Shown here: positions 55,599 through 64,000 of the stretch, one piece after another
How the letters are laid out: each line of letters starts with the position of its first letter
Position numbering within the stretch: position 1 is the first letter of the stretch
IMG/VR virus record: IMGVR_UViG_3300037313_001869
Location: 371,219 to 435,218 of that record
Length of the DNA: 64,000 nt
Direction: 5' to 3' (one strand)
Origin: a virus
Taxonomy: Duplodnaviria > Caudoviricetes
Position numbers and translations under genes: made by a program
The notes under the pieces: model-generated
Database searches by the model: none
Told to the model about the DNA's origin: nothing
The model's input: only the letters and a program-made list of their open reading frames with translations

Positions 55599-55922
55599 AT
55601 GCTCGTCGACCTCTCTTCCAGTCGCCCCCGACTCTCCTCCGTTTTCCCTCGCACCCTCACCCTCAAGCTCTCTAGCGAGGGCGTGGGGGTGGGCGTCTTC
55701 CCCTACGGCAGCCAGACCTCGATCAAGCCGGTCGATGGCTGCTACGAAGTGCCCCTGCCCCTGGCGGGCGAGGCGTCGCACTATCGGGTCGTGGCCCGGG
55801 GGGAGATGCGAGGCGAAGCGGCGGCCATCGTGTGGGACCTCCTGGTCCGCGGCGAACGCACCTACGCCGAGGCCGCCTTCTTCACCTACGCCCCCACGGC
55901 CTCCTTCGAGGTCATCGTCTGA
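55599..55922 (+). CDS. array-family-like protein lacking the RFxR tail
   Basis: MLVDLS..FPRTLTL start. Confidence 0.65.
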   Translation: MLVDLSSSRPRLSSVFPRTLTLKLSSEGVGVGVFPYGSQTSIKPVDGCYEVPLPLAGEASHYRVVARGEMRGEAAAIVWDLLVRGERTYAEAAFFTYAPTASFEVIV

Positions 55923-55936
55923 AAGGACCTGCTGCC

Positions 55937-56257
55937 ATGCTCATCGACACCACCTCCGAATCGCGCCTCACCCTCCTCCCCCACCGCTACGCGGGTCAGC
56001 TCGTCGTCAGGACCCCGCAGGCCCCCGGCTTCGGCGTCTTCTGCGTGCCCGGCGAGGGCGAGGTCAAGAACATCGAGCACGGCATCTTCGTGGCGTCTCT
56101 GCCCAAGGAGGGCGAGCAGGTCTACACGATCCGCTTTCCCGGCGGGACCAATCTTGCGCGGATCATCGAGCTGATCGCCGTCCGCATGGGCCAGGGCTGG
56201 ATGGTCACCCTCACCACCCGGGACGCCGCGTTCGACGTGTACGTGGCCGAGGTGTGA
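55937..56257 (+). CDS. array-family-like protein lacking the RFxR tail
   Basis: MLIDTT..YAGQLVV start. Confidence 0.65.
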   Translation: MLIDTTSESRLTLLPHRYAGQLVVRTPQAPGFGVFCVPGEGEVKNIEHGIFVASLPKEGEQVYTIRFPGGTNLARIIELIAVRMGQGWMVTLTTRDAAFDVYVAEV

Positions 56258-56914
56258 TCAGTCGTCCTCGACCGGGACCGGGCCCTTGCCGAGGGTGATC
56301 GTCACCCCCTCGTCGAGGGCCTCTTTCACCTTCAGGTACAGCTTGTAGAGCTTCTTGCGCCTGGCGTAGGGAACGATCGTTCCCCGCGGCAGATGGGCGA
56401 GCCGGACGGCGCACTCGAAGACCGTCATCTTCTCGATATCGTACGCCGCGACCAGCTCCGCGGCTTTAGCCTCGTCGCTTCGGTAGGCGGCGATCTGCTC
56501 TTTGGCCCGGTTGCAGTCAACCGACACCTGAAGGGCCGGGCCAGCGAGGAACGGGGCCATGGTGGGCGGAGGCTCGTTGCCTATGACGGGCCCGCCTGAG
56601 GCTCCACAGCTCTGGCAGATGTAGAAGTCGTCCTTACCAACGGGCCCGCCGTCGACCTCTTCGGTCGTCCAAAGATGCCCCCGGGCCGGGGGCAGAAGAC
56701 CGAGGGCCCTCTCGATCTCTTCTTTGGCCCGGGCCCGGGAAGAGGCGTAGCGGTAGCCGTCACCCCCACGATCGACGTTCACCCGGTCCGGATCAGGGGC
56801 GAGCGTCCAACGCCACTCCGGGAAGCTCCTCTCGTAGACGAGTTCGAGGTTGGCGAGGACCCTGCCACTTGCGTTGAAAAGGGCGCTCTCTTCTTCCTTG
56901 TCGACCCAGGGCAT
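56258..56914 (-). CDS. hypothetical protein with CQSC motif
   Basis: MPWVDKEEE start with its own CGGTGTA. Confidence 0.7.
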   Translation of the reverse strand: MPWVDKEEESALFNASGRVLANLELVYERSFPEWRWTLAPDPDRVNVDRGGDGYRYASSRARAKEEIERALGLLPPARGHLWTTEEVDGGPVGKDDFYICQSCGASGGPVIGNEPPPTMAPFLAGPALQVSVDCNRAKEQIAAYRSDEAKAAELVAAYDIEKMTVFECAVRLAHLPRGTIVPYARRKKLYKLYLKVKEALDEGVTITLGKGPVPVEDD

Positions 56915-56922
56915 GATTCCCC

Positions 56923-56940
56923 TCGTACACCGGTGTACGA
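56923..56940. promoter_or_regulatory. 18-bp perfect palindrome carrying CGGTGTA on both strands
   Basis: TCGTACACCGGTGTACGA between divergent ATGs at 56914 and 56948. Confidence 0.7.
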
Positions 56941-56947
56941 TCTTCCC

Positions 56948-57169
56948 ATGAGCGAAACCATCGCAGGGAAGTACGTCGTTCGACTCTTCGACATGTTCGA
57001 CGGCTGGATCGACATCACCGGCCCCCTCTCGAAAGAAGAGGCGGACGCTGTCTGGCGCGAGAAGACCGGCAATGGCACGCACCACACCAGCTTCTCGGAC
57101 GGCGACTACTACGCCGTCTATTCCGCCGACACGAGGATGATCTTCACCCCCGAGTTTCTCGGCCGCTAA
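56948..57169 (+). CDS. hypothetical protein
   Basis: MSETIAGKYVVRLFDMFDGWID..; ends TAA at 57167-57169. Confidence 0.7.
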   Translation: MSETIAGKYVVRLFDMFDGWIDITGPLSKEEADAVWREKTGNGTHHTSFSDGDYYAVYSADTRMIFTPEFLGR

Positions 57170-58303
57170 GTGCGGGCGAGGGGTCTTGTACCAGTCTTGC
57201 TCGACCCGGGCGATGTCGGCCGCGAAGACGACCAGCTCGCTCTTCGGCGTCTGCCAGGGCATCGGGTCGTACCAGTTCTTCATGAGCTGGAGGAACTCGT
57301 TCTCGACCGCTTCGGCCCGGTCGATGGGACCGACGAACAGGGCACGGCCGTAGGCAAGCCACTCGCGAGCGAGGTCGTCGTCGCCCGCGTTCGAGGCGTC
57401 GTCGGCCTTCTCCTGCGAGAGCTTGTAGTCCTGCTTCATCTGGTACTGGATCTGCCGGAGTGTCTTCAGAAGCTCCGACTTTTCGAGGAACATCGCCTTG
57501 AACTTCTCGACGCCTTTCTTGTAGGCGTACCAGCCGGTCGAGGCTTCGTCGTAGGCTGACTCGACTGAGCAGACGAGCTTCCAGATTTCGATGCAGAAAG
57601 GCGCGACCTTGTTCTTGTAGACGGCCTTGAGGTCGTCGAGCGCTCGCTTGTACCCCTCGTTCGGGCTGTAGGTGTCGTAACGGAAGGCGTCGCCTCGGCC
57701 GTTCGCCACCTGGTAGAGCGCGTCGCAGACCTCCTCCCACTGCTTCTTGTGGTCGGGGCTCGTGTCGAGGAAGTCCGCGTAGTCCTTGCCGAGTTCGTAG
57801 TCCGGCTTCTTCTTCATGTGCTCGAAGCTGCCGGCCATGTTGTCGAGGAACGAGGCCGCGAGGCTCCGGACCGAAGGGGCAAACGAGTCCTTCTTCGGCT
57901 TGTTCCGGTTCTTGACCTCGGTGTCGAGCTTGCGACCGATCCTCGTCGCGTCTTCCATCCACGCCTCCCAGCGCTTTTGGAAGGGCGGGTAGTAGCACTT
58001 GGACGTGCTCGGGCCGGTGCCGTTCAGGGCATTCATGGCCTTCTCGAACGAGCCCGATCCCGGACGGAAGGCGTCCTCGATGGCCGCCCGCTGAGAATCT
58101 TCGAGCGCCGGGTGCCGCAGAAAAGGCCCGATCGTCTTCTGGTAGAAGCGTTTGTAGGCCCCGTCGAGGACATTCCACGCCTTCAGGTCGGCTGCCTTCG
58201 CCCGGTCGATCTGGCTCTCTCCCTCGACCGGCTCATCGTAGTCGAGGTGGTCGGCCCTCTTTTCGAGGTAGAGCTTTGCAACGCGCCGGGCGAGAGGGTC
58301 CAT
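57167..58303 (-). CDS. helical protein with MDPLARRVA leader (proposed end at in-frame TTA)
   Basis: 378 aa, then TTA complementary to the convergent gene's TAA. Confidence 0.75.
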
Positions 58304-58336
58304 ACCGGGGGCGGCAGGATAAATGAATCTTTGTGC

Positions 58337-59269
58337 TTACATCGGGGGCCCGCCCGTGGCCTTCCACAGTTCGTGGAGCTTGCCGGCGGCGAGGACCCGG
58401 TGGAGCCTCGGAGCCCGGAGAAGGGGCGTCTGGTGGCGCTCTTTGTCGCCCGGCTTGCCCGTCTCGATGAAGAGCGCTCCGTCCTGGTAGACGAAGTAGG
58501 TCGGGGGCTTGCGGTACGCCTCGTTCCCCTCGATGAGGACGACGCGCCCGGTACCTGCGCCGAGCCAGTTGGTCATGGCCTTTTCGGCCTCGTCGAGAGT
58601 CTCATTCAGGCTCTCGGTCGCCTCCCGCAGGGCCCGAGCCACCTCGTCGACCCTCTCACGCATCGGACCGCTCTTCAGGTCCTCGGTTGCCTTGTTGGCG
58701 GCCTTGACGGCTTCGAGGATGCGCTCGGCGAGGCCCTCATCTCCCTCGGGGCCGTAGCCGGCTTCGGCCGGGTAGCAGTAGCACGAGGAGAGACGCTCCT
58801 TGCAGGTGTCGCAGTAGTAGCCCCCGTCGACCACCCGGCAGAGGGGCGAAGGAGGGCTCTTGAGCGGCACCATCTTCGGCAGCTTCTTCCGGCAGTAGGG
58901 GCAGGCGATGGGCTCGGGGCGGTTGGCCCAGTAGTCGAGGCCCATCTGGAGGGCGACCCGCTCGCCAGGCCCCCGCTCGCCCGTGTGGGCGTACCAGCGG
59001 CCCCGCTGTTCCTCTGGGGGATCTTGGACGTTGACCGAGAACACGATCGCCGGGTAGAGAAAAGCGCTTTCGCAGCAGGTCGGCCGGGGGATCGCGTCCT
59101 CGATCTCGGCCCGCCGAAGGTCGTAGAGTTCCATCAGCCTGTCGTCGTCTGCCTCGGAGAGGTCCCGCCGCTTCCTCTTGCGCTGTAGCTCCTGGATCTG
59201 TTCGACCGTGGACTTCGGCTTCTCGTCGGCCGCGGGCTTCTTTTCGACCTTGGTTTTCTTCGTCGCCAT
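58337..59269 (-). CDS. Cys-rich hypothetical protein
   Basis: CC, CPYC, CDTC, CYC; GGTGTA upstream. Confidence 0.75.
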   Translation of the reverse strand: MATKKTKVEKKPAADEKPKSTVEQIQELQRKRKRRDLSEADDDRLMELYDLRRAEIEDAIPRPTCCESAFLYPAIVFSVNVQDPPEEQRGRWYAHTGERGPGERVALQMGLDYWANRPEPIACPYCRKKLPKMVPLKSPPSPLCRVVDGGYYCDTCKERLSSCYCYPAEAGYGPEGDEGLAERILEAVKAANKATEDLKSGPMRERVDEVARALREATESLNETLDEAEKAMTNWLGAGTGRVVLIEGNEAYRKPPTYFVYQDGALFIETGKPGDKERHQTPLLRAPRLHRVLAAGKLHELWKATGGPPM

Positions 59270-59327
59270 GCCCCTTCTACACCCCGGCCGTCAGAACCCC
59301 CGCCTTCTTATCGTCCGCTAAGGCACT

Positions 59328-60074
59328 ATGACGACTTTTTGCATCGGCGATGTCCACGGCTGCTCTTCGGAGCTAGCCGATCTTCTCGACAAGATCGCCC
59401 TCACTTCTTCCGACCGTGTCCTCTTCATCGGGGACCTCATCGACAAGGGCCCTGACCCGATCGGTACCGTGCGCCTCGCGCGCTCTGTCCCGAACTCCGC
59501 CCTCGTCCAGGGCAACCACGAGGAAAAGGCCCTGCGCTTCCGCAAGCACGAGGCCAAGGCCAAGGCGAACCCCAAGTACAAGAACCCCATGGAGCCGCCG
59601 AAGAGCAAGCGGTATGCCGAATGGATGGGCCTGTCGGATGAGGACCTGGCCTACCTGAGCGCCGCTCCGATCGTCCTGCGGCCCATCCCTGGTTGGATCG
59701 CTGTCCATGGCGGCGTGCTCCCCGGCGAGGTACCCGCCGAGAAGCAAAAGCCCGGCGAGGTCCTGCGCCTCCGGTGGGTTACCGCCGAGGGTAAGTACGT
59801 GGCGCTCAAGCCCGGTGAGACCACCCGGCCCGAGGGTGCCCTCGACTGGTCGGCGCAGTGGGACGGCCCCGATTCAATCGTCTACGGCCACGAGGTCCAC
59901 GACGAGGTCTCGCCCCGGGTCGACCGGAACGCCCGCGGAGCCGAGTGCTGGGGCATCGATACGGGTTGCGTCCACGGGGGAAGGCTGACTGCGCTCGCTC
60001 TCGAAACCCGCGAGATCGTCCAGGTCCAGGCCCGCCGGCAGTACACTCCCCGCGGCTTCGTCTCCGAGGACTGA
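59328..60074 (+). CDS. metallophosphoesterase (ApaH/PrpE/PPP-like)
   Basis: GDVHG, GDLIDKG, GNHE, HGG, YGH, IDTGC. Confidence 0.92.
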   Translation: MTTFCIGDVHGCSSELADLLDKIALTSSDRVLFIGDLIDKGPDPIGTVRLARSVPNSALVQGNHEEKALRFRKHEAKAKANPKYKNPMEPPKSKRYAEWMGLSDEDLAYLSAAPIVLRPIPGWIAVHGGVLPGEVPAEKQKPGEVLRLRWVTAEGKYVALKPGETTRPEGALDWSAQWDGPDSIVYGHEVHDEVSPRVDRNARGAECWGIDTGCVHGGRLTALALETREIVQVQARRQYTPRGFVSED

Positions 60075-60101
60075 GACCCCGCCCGGTGTAGGTGTTTCCC
60101 G

Positions 60102-60554
60102 ATGCGGATTCACCTGTACTGGGGGCTCATCCAGCCGGGCGAGTGGCTTGTCGACCCCATCGACCCGTACGATGGTTCAGACGGGCTCGTGCTCTCGATC
60201 CACCGCCACGAAGAGCCGGTGATCATCGCCGACCTCTACGGCGAGAACCAGAAGCTCGTCTCGCACGCGCGTAAGAGCACGAAGACGGGGCGCTTTTACA
60301 TCGCCAAGCTCGTCTACCCCCCGGTCGAGCGCGAAGAGCTGGAGTACCGGGTCTGCTACCAAGACCGGGTTAACGTCAACGTCCGGCTCACGAAAGCTCA
60401 CGTCCTCGGCCACTTGCGCTACTTCGTCGAGACGTGGATCGTGGGCAAGACCCTGCATTCAGCCGTCCCGCTGCCCCCGGCCTACGACCCTTACAAGGAT
60501 TTCGAGCTGCCCTCGGCCGCGCGCCGCCGGGTCTCTCGCTTCGCACGGGTGTAG
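60102..60554 (+). CDS. RFxR-tail family protein
   Basis: ends SRFARV. Confidence 0.7.
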   Translation: MRIHLYWGLIQPGEWLVDPIDPYDGSDGLVLSIHRHEEPVIIADLYGENQKLVSHARKSTKTGRFYIAKLVYPPVEREELEYRVCYQDRVNVNVRLTKAHVLGHLRYFVETWIVGKTLHSAVPLPPAYDPYKDFELPSAARRRVSRFARV

Positions 60555-60565
60555 GAGAGAGGGCC

Positions 60566-61042
60566 ATGCTCATCGTGCTCACGGGTGCATCGTCAGCTTT
60601 CTACACTACCGGAGGTGGGGAGGGTCTCACCTTGAAGGTACTTGGGTCCTGGAAAGAGACCCCTCCGTTTCGTTTGCATCTTCTTTGCAACGCCTCCCTG
60701 CCTCGGGGAATGCGCGAGAAGATCGCGAGCTATGACCCCTTGCCCTTGACGGTCGAGAAGCCGCCCGAGAAAGCTCTCGTCTCTTACGAGTTCCGGCCCA
60801 CCTTGCCGCCAGGCGGAAAATACATCCTGGCCGTCGAGAACGAGCAACCTACCGGGAAGTTTCAAGTCGCTTCGATTCGCATCGATGCTGTCAAAGACCA
60901 CCCTCCGCGCGGGCCGATCGTGGGGTGGTCGTTTTCCGTCGAGGTAGGTCAGAACCGGTCGATGCTCGTGGTACCTCACTTCGAGCTGAACCACCCGCAC
61001 GCGCCCGACGCCACCCGCTACGAGAGGCTTCTTTCGTGCTGA
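60566..61042 (+). CDS. RFxR-tail family protein
   Basis: ends TRYERLLSC. Confidence 0.7.
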   Translation: MLIVLTGASSAFYTTGGGEGLTLKVLGSWKETPPFRLHLLCNASLPRGMREKIASYDPLPLTVEKPPEKALVSYEFRPTLPPGGKYILAVENEQPTGKFQVASIRIDAVKDHPPRGPIVGWSFSVEVGQNRSMLVVPHFELNHPHAPDATRYERLLSC

Positions 61043-61497
61043 TCACGCTCTCTCATCTGCCGGCGGCGTGGATGCCCACGGTCAACCCCTACTTCGGCAC
61101 GGGGCTCTTGCTCGCGGCCGAGATTTCGACGCTCACCGAGAGAAGACCCCGGGTCAAGGTCAAGGGCACTTCCGACGCCCATACCTTCGATTTGCCTTGC
61201 GCAGGGGTCGAGCCAACCACGGTGGGCTTCGAGATCCACATCTACCAGCTCTGGTCGTCGCACATCGCCGAGGTCTTCGTTCGCTTCGATGTCCAGCTCG
61301 GGAAGCACCACAAGACCCAGCTCCGCCTCCAACGTGGCGAGGACAGTCCGCTCTGGCTGCTCCGGGTGAACGAGCTGACCGACATCGTGATGCCCGACGG
61401 CTACTCGCCCTTCGACAGCTCGGTCTTCGAGCTTCACAACGAGCCCGACCCTTCGGTACCCACGCGCTTTGACAGGCTCACCCGTCCTGCGGTGTAG
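61036..61497 (+). CDS. RFxR-tail family protein
   Basis: ends TRFDRLTRPAV. Confidence 0.7.
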   Translation: MLITLSHLPAAWMPTVNPYFGTGLLLAAEISTLTERRPRVKVKGTSDAHTFDLPCAGVEPTTVGFEIHIYQLWSSHIAEVFVRFDVQLGKHHKTQLRLQRGEDSPLWLLRVNELTDIVMPDGYSPFDSSVFELHNEPDPSVPTRFDRLTRPAV

Positions 61498-61509
61498 AGG
61501 CACTAGGCC

Positions 61510-61998
61510 ATGATGACCTTGGTGCTCGGCGGCCCCGGCGCGGGCAAGACGACCTATCTCCTCGACCTTTACCGGAGGGCGACGTTCGAGGCGCCAGTGC
61601 GGCTCTTTACCCAGGACGTGAACATCGATCAGGCCCTTCAGGGCTTCTACCCCCCGACAGGCAGTCACATACGGCGCTTTTCAGCGACGAATCCGCCCCC
61701 AATCATCTCCCAGGTAGTCCACGAAGTACGCGAATACGCTCGCGGCACCTGGGGCATCGAGGTATTCCCGGGGCTCTCTCTTGGCGCGCTCGGCGAGCTT
61801 CGGGCAGAAGCCTCGAAGAAAGGCTCGGACGTGTACTTCGTCTGGCAGACGAAGCGGGACTTTTCGGGCCGTTACGAGGACTTGCCCTCTAGCATCACGC
61901 CCTTCTTCGATCGCGCCTTGCTCTTGGAGAGGGGCCAGGACCGCGTCATCTTCGAGGTCTACAAGGGACCCCGGCTCACGCGCTTCGAGAGGATCTGA
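61510..61998 (+). CDS. P-loop (RecA-like remnant) protein with RFxR tail
   Basis: GGPGAGKT; ends TRFERI. Confidence 0.7.
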   Translation: MMTLVLGGPGAGKTTYLLDLYRRATFEAPVRLFTQDVNIDQALQGFYPPTGSHIRRFSATNPPPIISQVVHEVREYARGTWGIEVFPGLSLGALGELRAEASKKGSDVYFVWQTKRDFSGRYEDLPSSITPFFDRALLLERGQDRVIFEVYKGPRLTRFERI

Positions 61999-62004
61999 CC
62001 TGCC

Positions 62005-62421
62005 ATGCGTATCTCTTTTTGGGCTAACGAGCACGGCCGCCCCTTCGCTCGCCGTATGGTCGTCGACCAGTGTGACAAGCCCGAGCTTCTTGTTCGCGTC
62101 GAGGCGCAGCGGGTACCCACGGTCTATGGCCACGCCATGATCGACGGCGTCTGGTGCTCGCTCGGGCCGAAGGGGCCCGAGTCCTATAACCAGCACGTCT
62201 ACACCTACCGGCTCGAAGATACCTTGGTCAGCGATCGGTACAGCTACCTGGCCAAGGTGAACAGCGCCAAGGCGATGTTCTTTCTGAGCCGCTACAAGGG
62301 CGCCGGTCCCTGGCTCGTCGAGATCAAGGCGCCGCTCGGGCACATCCACGTCGAGCTTCCATCGGCCTTCGTCCCCTGGCGCGTGTCCGAAGAGACCGCG
62401 AGCCGCTACGAGAGGATGTGA
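62005..62421 (+). CDS. RFxR-tail family protein
   Basis: ends SRYERM. Confidence 0.7.
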   Translation: MRISFWANEHGRPFARRMVVDQCDKPELLVRVEAQRVPTVYGHAMIDGVWCSLGPKGPESYNQHVYTYRLEDTLVSDRYSYLAKVNSAKAMFFLSRYKGAGPWLVEIKAPLGHIHVELPSAFVPWRVSEETASRYERM

Positions 62422-62425
62422 GGCC

Positions 62426-62917
62426 GTGATCGTCGAGGTTCCTATCGGGTTCCATCGCCCTCCGGTAGCTACGATCGGAGGGCGGGGGTTCGTCCTCAAT
62501 CTGACCGTCCCGCGGGACACCCCGGTGCAGGTGATCCGTGTTCAGCAGGGGAGCCGCTACGAGCACGCTGCGTTTCACGTCTACGAAACCTGGGCGTTTC
62601 ACGCGGAGGTCTCCCCCGGCAGGCACGAGGACGTGCTCACCCGCGTTCATTCCTTCCGGCTGACCTTTCAGCCAGACGAGCCCTGCAACTACACGGTGTT
62701 TGACTTTCATGTGACCGCGGGGCCTCACCGGGGGCAGATTCGGCTCTACCGTAGCACTAGCCTTCCGGGATGGGCCTACCGCTTCCTCTTCCTGAAGTTC
62801 GACATGATCCTCGTGATGCCGGGGGACTTCTCCCCCTTTCTGACCGAAGAAAACGAGCCCGTGCCGGAAGAGCCAACAGGGACGAGTCGCTACGAAAGGT
62901 TGGGCCATGACGAGTAA
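62426..62917 (+). CDS. RFxR-tail family protein
   Basis: ends SRYERLGHDE. Confidence 0.7.
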   Translation: MIVEVPIGFHRPPVATIGGRGFVLNLTVPRDTPVQVIRVQQGSRYEHAAFHVYETWAFHAEVSPGRHEDVLTRVHSFRLTFQPDEPCNYTVFDFHVTAGPHRGQIRLYRSTSLPGWAYRFLFLKFDMILVMPGDFSPFLTEENEPVPEEPTGTSRYERLGHDE

Positions 62918-63308
62918 GGAAGAGTGGGCCGCGTTTCTTGGCGTCGTTTTCCGCACGGTCCAGCGGGCCGCGCCGTTCGTCCAGTGGCTCCGGTTCAACG
63001 AGGACGGGTTCTTCTTCTACAGGGACCGGGCCCTCGCCCGGGTCCCATTCCCGATTGGAGCTTCGCTCCATGCGATTGGAGAGGGCTCTGATGGTCGGGC
63101 GATCGTCATCGCGAGCTTCAACATCCCCGATGAGGGCTACCTCGGCTTGGCGGGGCTCGTCGCTGGCGTCGTGATCGAGCGGCTCTTCACGAAGGGCCAT
63201 ATGGATGTGATCCACGACAGCGCCATGTACTTCGTCAAGATCGCCAACGAAGAGGCCAAGAGCTTCTCCCGCAAGGGCTCGCGCTTCGATCGCGAAGAGC
63301 CGGTGTAA
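62907..63308 (+). CDS. RFxR-tail protein
   Basis: ends SRFDREEPV. Confidence 0.7.
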   Translation: MTSKEEWAAFLGVVFRTVQRAAPFVQWLRFNEDGFFFYRDRALARVPFPIGASLHAIGEGSDGRAIVIASFNIPDEGYLGLAGLVAGVVIERLFTKGHMDVIHDSAMYFVKIANEEAKSFSRKGSRFDREEPV

Positions 63309-63317
63309 AGGCAACCG

Positions 63318-63758
63318 ATGGCGAAGAAGAACGCGGGCTCGCACGTCACCGTCCCGATGCTCCTCGACATGTGCCGGGACATGCTGAACGAGGCACACCC
63401 CTACCTCGAAAAGGGCCGCGAGGTCCAGATCGTCAACGAGAGCACGCTCTGGTCCTACGGCCACCGCGAGGGCATCCGGATCATCGAGATCGACTCGACC
63501 ATCCGGGTCCAGGCCGTCCACGTCTACAACTACGACTCCCTCAAGGAGATCAAGGTTCAGGGCTCGCACAACCAAGGCTCGTGGCGCGACATCGAGCGGA
63601 GGGGCCGGACGCCCGAGCACCTGGAGTCGGACGTGCTCCGGGCTGTCTGGACGTTCACCGAGGAGCACATGACGCTTCGCTACGAGGCGTACTGCTGGCT
63701 TGGTAACCACCGTGAGAAGTGGAGCCGGCTCCGCTCTCGCTTCGAGAGGGTCGGATGA
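63318..63758 (+). CDS. RFxR-tail protein
   Basis: ends SRFERVG; CGGTGTA upstream. Confidence 0.7.
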   Translation: MAKKNAGSHVTVPMLLDMCRDMLNEAHPYLEKGREVQIVNESTLWSYGHREGIRIIEIDSTIRVQAVHVYNYDSLKEIKVQGSHNQGSWRDIERRGRTPEHLESDVLRAVWTFTEEHMTLRYEAYCWLGNHREKWSRLRSRFERVG

Positions 63759-64000
63759 GCCAGTTCGAGGAGCGCCCCCTCCCCGACTGGTGGGGCTCGT
63801 TCTTCTCGGACGTGCTCCGGGACATGAGGGCGGGCTTGCCGTGGTGCGATTTCGAGGCCCAGGGCGACCAGATCCTCTACCATGGACACGGGGCGAGGCT
63901 CCGTTGGGGCGTCTTCCGGGACATCGACGACGCAGGCGGAGAGACGATCACGGTCGTGTATATCGAGGCCGGCGGACTCGTCTTCGGCGGAAACTTCGAG
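63755..64000 (+). CDS. hypothetical protein (partial)
   Basis: ATGA overlap; open to the window end. Confidence 0.55.
   Translation, partial: MSQFEERPLPDWWGSFFSDVLRDMRAGLPWCDFEAQGDQILYHGHGARLRWGVFRDIDDAGGETITVVYIEAGGLVFGGNFE

Noticed and set aside
56258-58303. 681-aa single protein from the ORF track
   Set aside because: Spans an antisense gene and an internal promoter palindrome; better read as two genes split at TTA 57167.
1-64000. tRNA or rRNA genes
   Set aside because: No cloverleaf or rRNA signature recognised by eye; tRNAscan-SE was not run.

Overview
GC-rich, densely packed DNA with more than 130 mostly short ORFan genes, no rRNA, no tRNA that I could see and no intact housekeeping operon. 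This is most consistent with a segment of a jumbo phage of a high-GC bacterium (inference). Recognisable genes: degenerate MT-A70 methyltransferase, T5orf172/GIY-YIG-like nuclease, HExxH zincin, AAA ATPase, SIMPL protein, T/G/S-rich virion-like module, CoiA-like nuclease, ATP-grasp protein, TnpB and an ApaH/PPP-type metallophosphoesterase. Three unusual systems stand out. (1) All eight in-frame TTA codons I found in plausible genes sit at or next to the expected gene end. They include a TTATG stop-start overlap and three convergent pairs sharing one TTA/TAA triplet, suggesting UUA acts as a stop signal. (2) A TnpB with an intact catalytic triad and no tnpA or cas genes is flanked by three copies of an omegaRNA-like scaffold. 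Each scaffold runs into 29-nt repeat units (two arrays with mostly 32-nt spacers, one remnant), with anti-repeats that co-vary with their own repeat, as in a TnpB-to-Cas12 intermediate. (3) About 42 divergent small proteins, 32 of them in one 17-kb block, end in a shared R-[FY]-[DE]-R(-x-E-V-L) tail. Two recurrent promoter-like motifs (GGAAAA-N16-CGTCT and CGGTGTA) and an N-terminal DPL-x-x-RV leader are also visible. All calls were made by eye, with no database searches.
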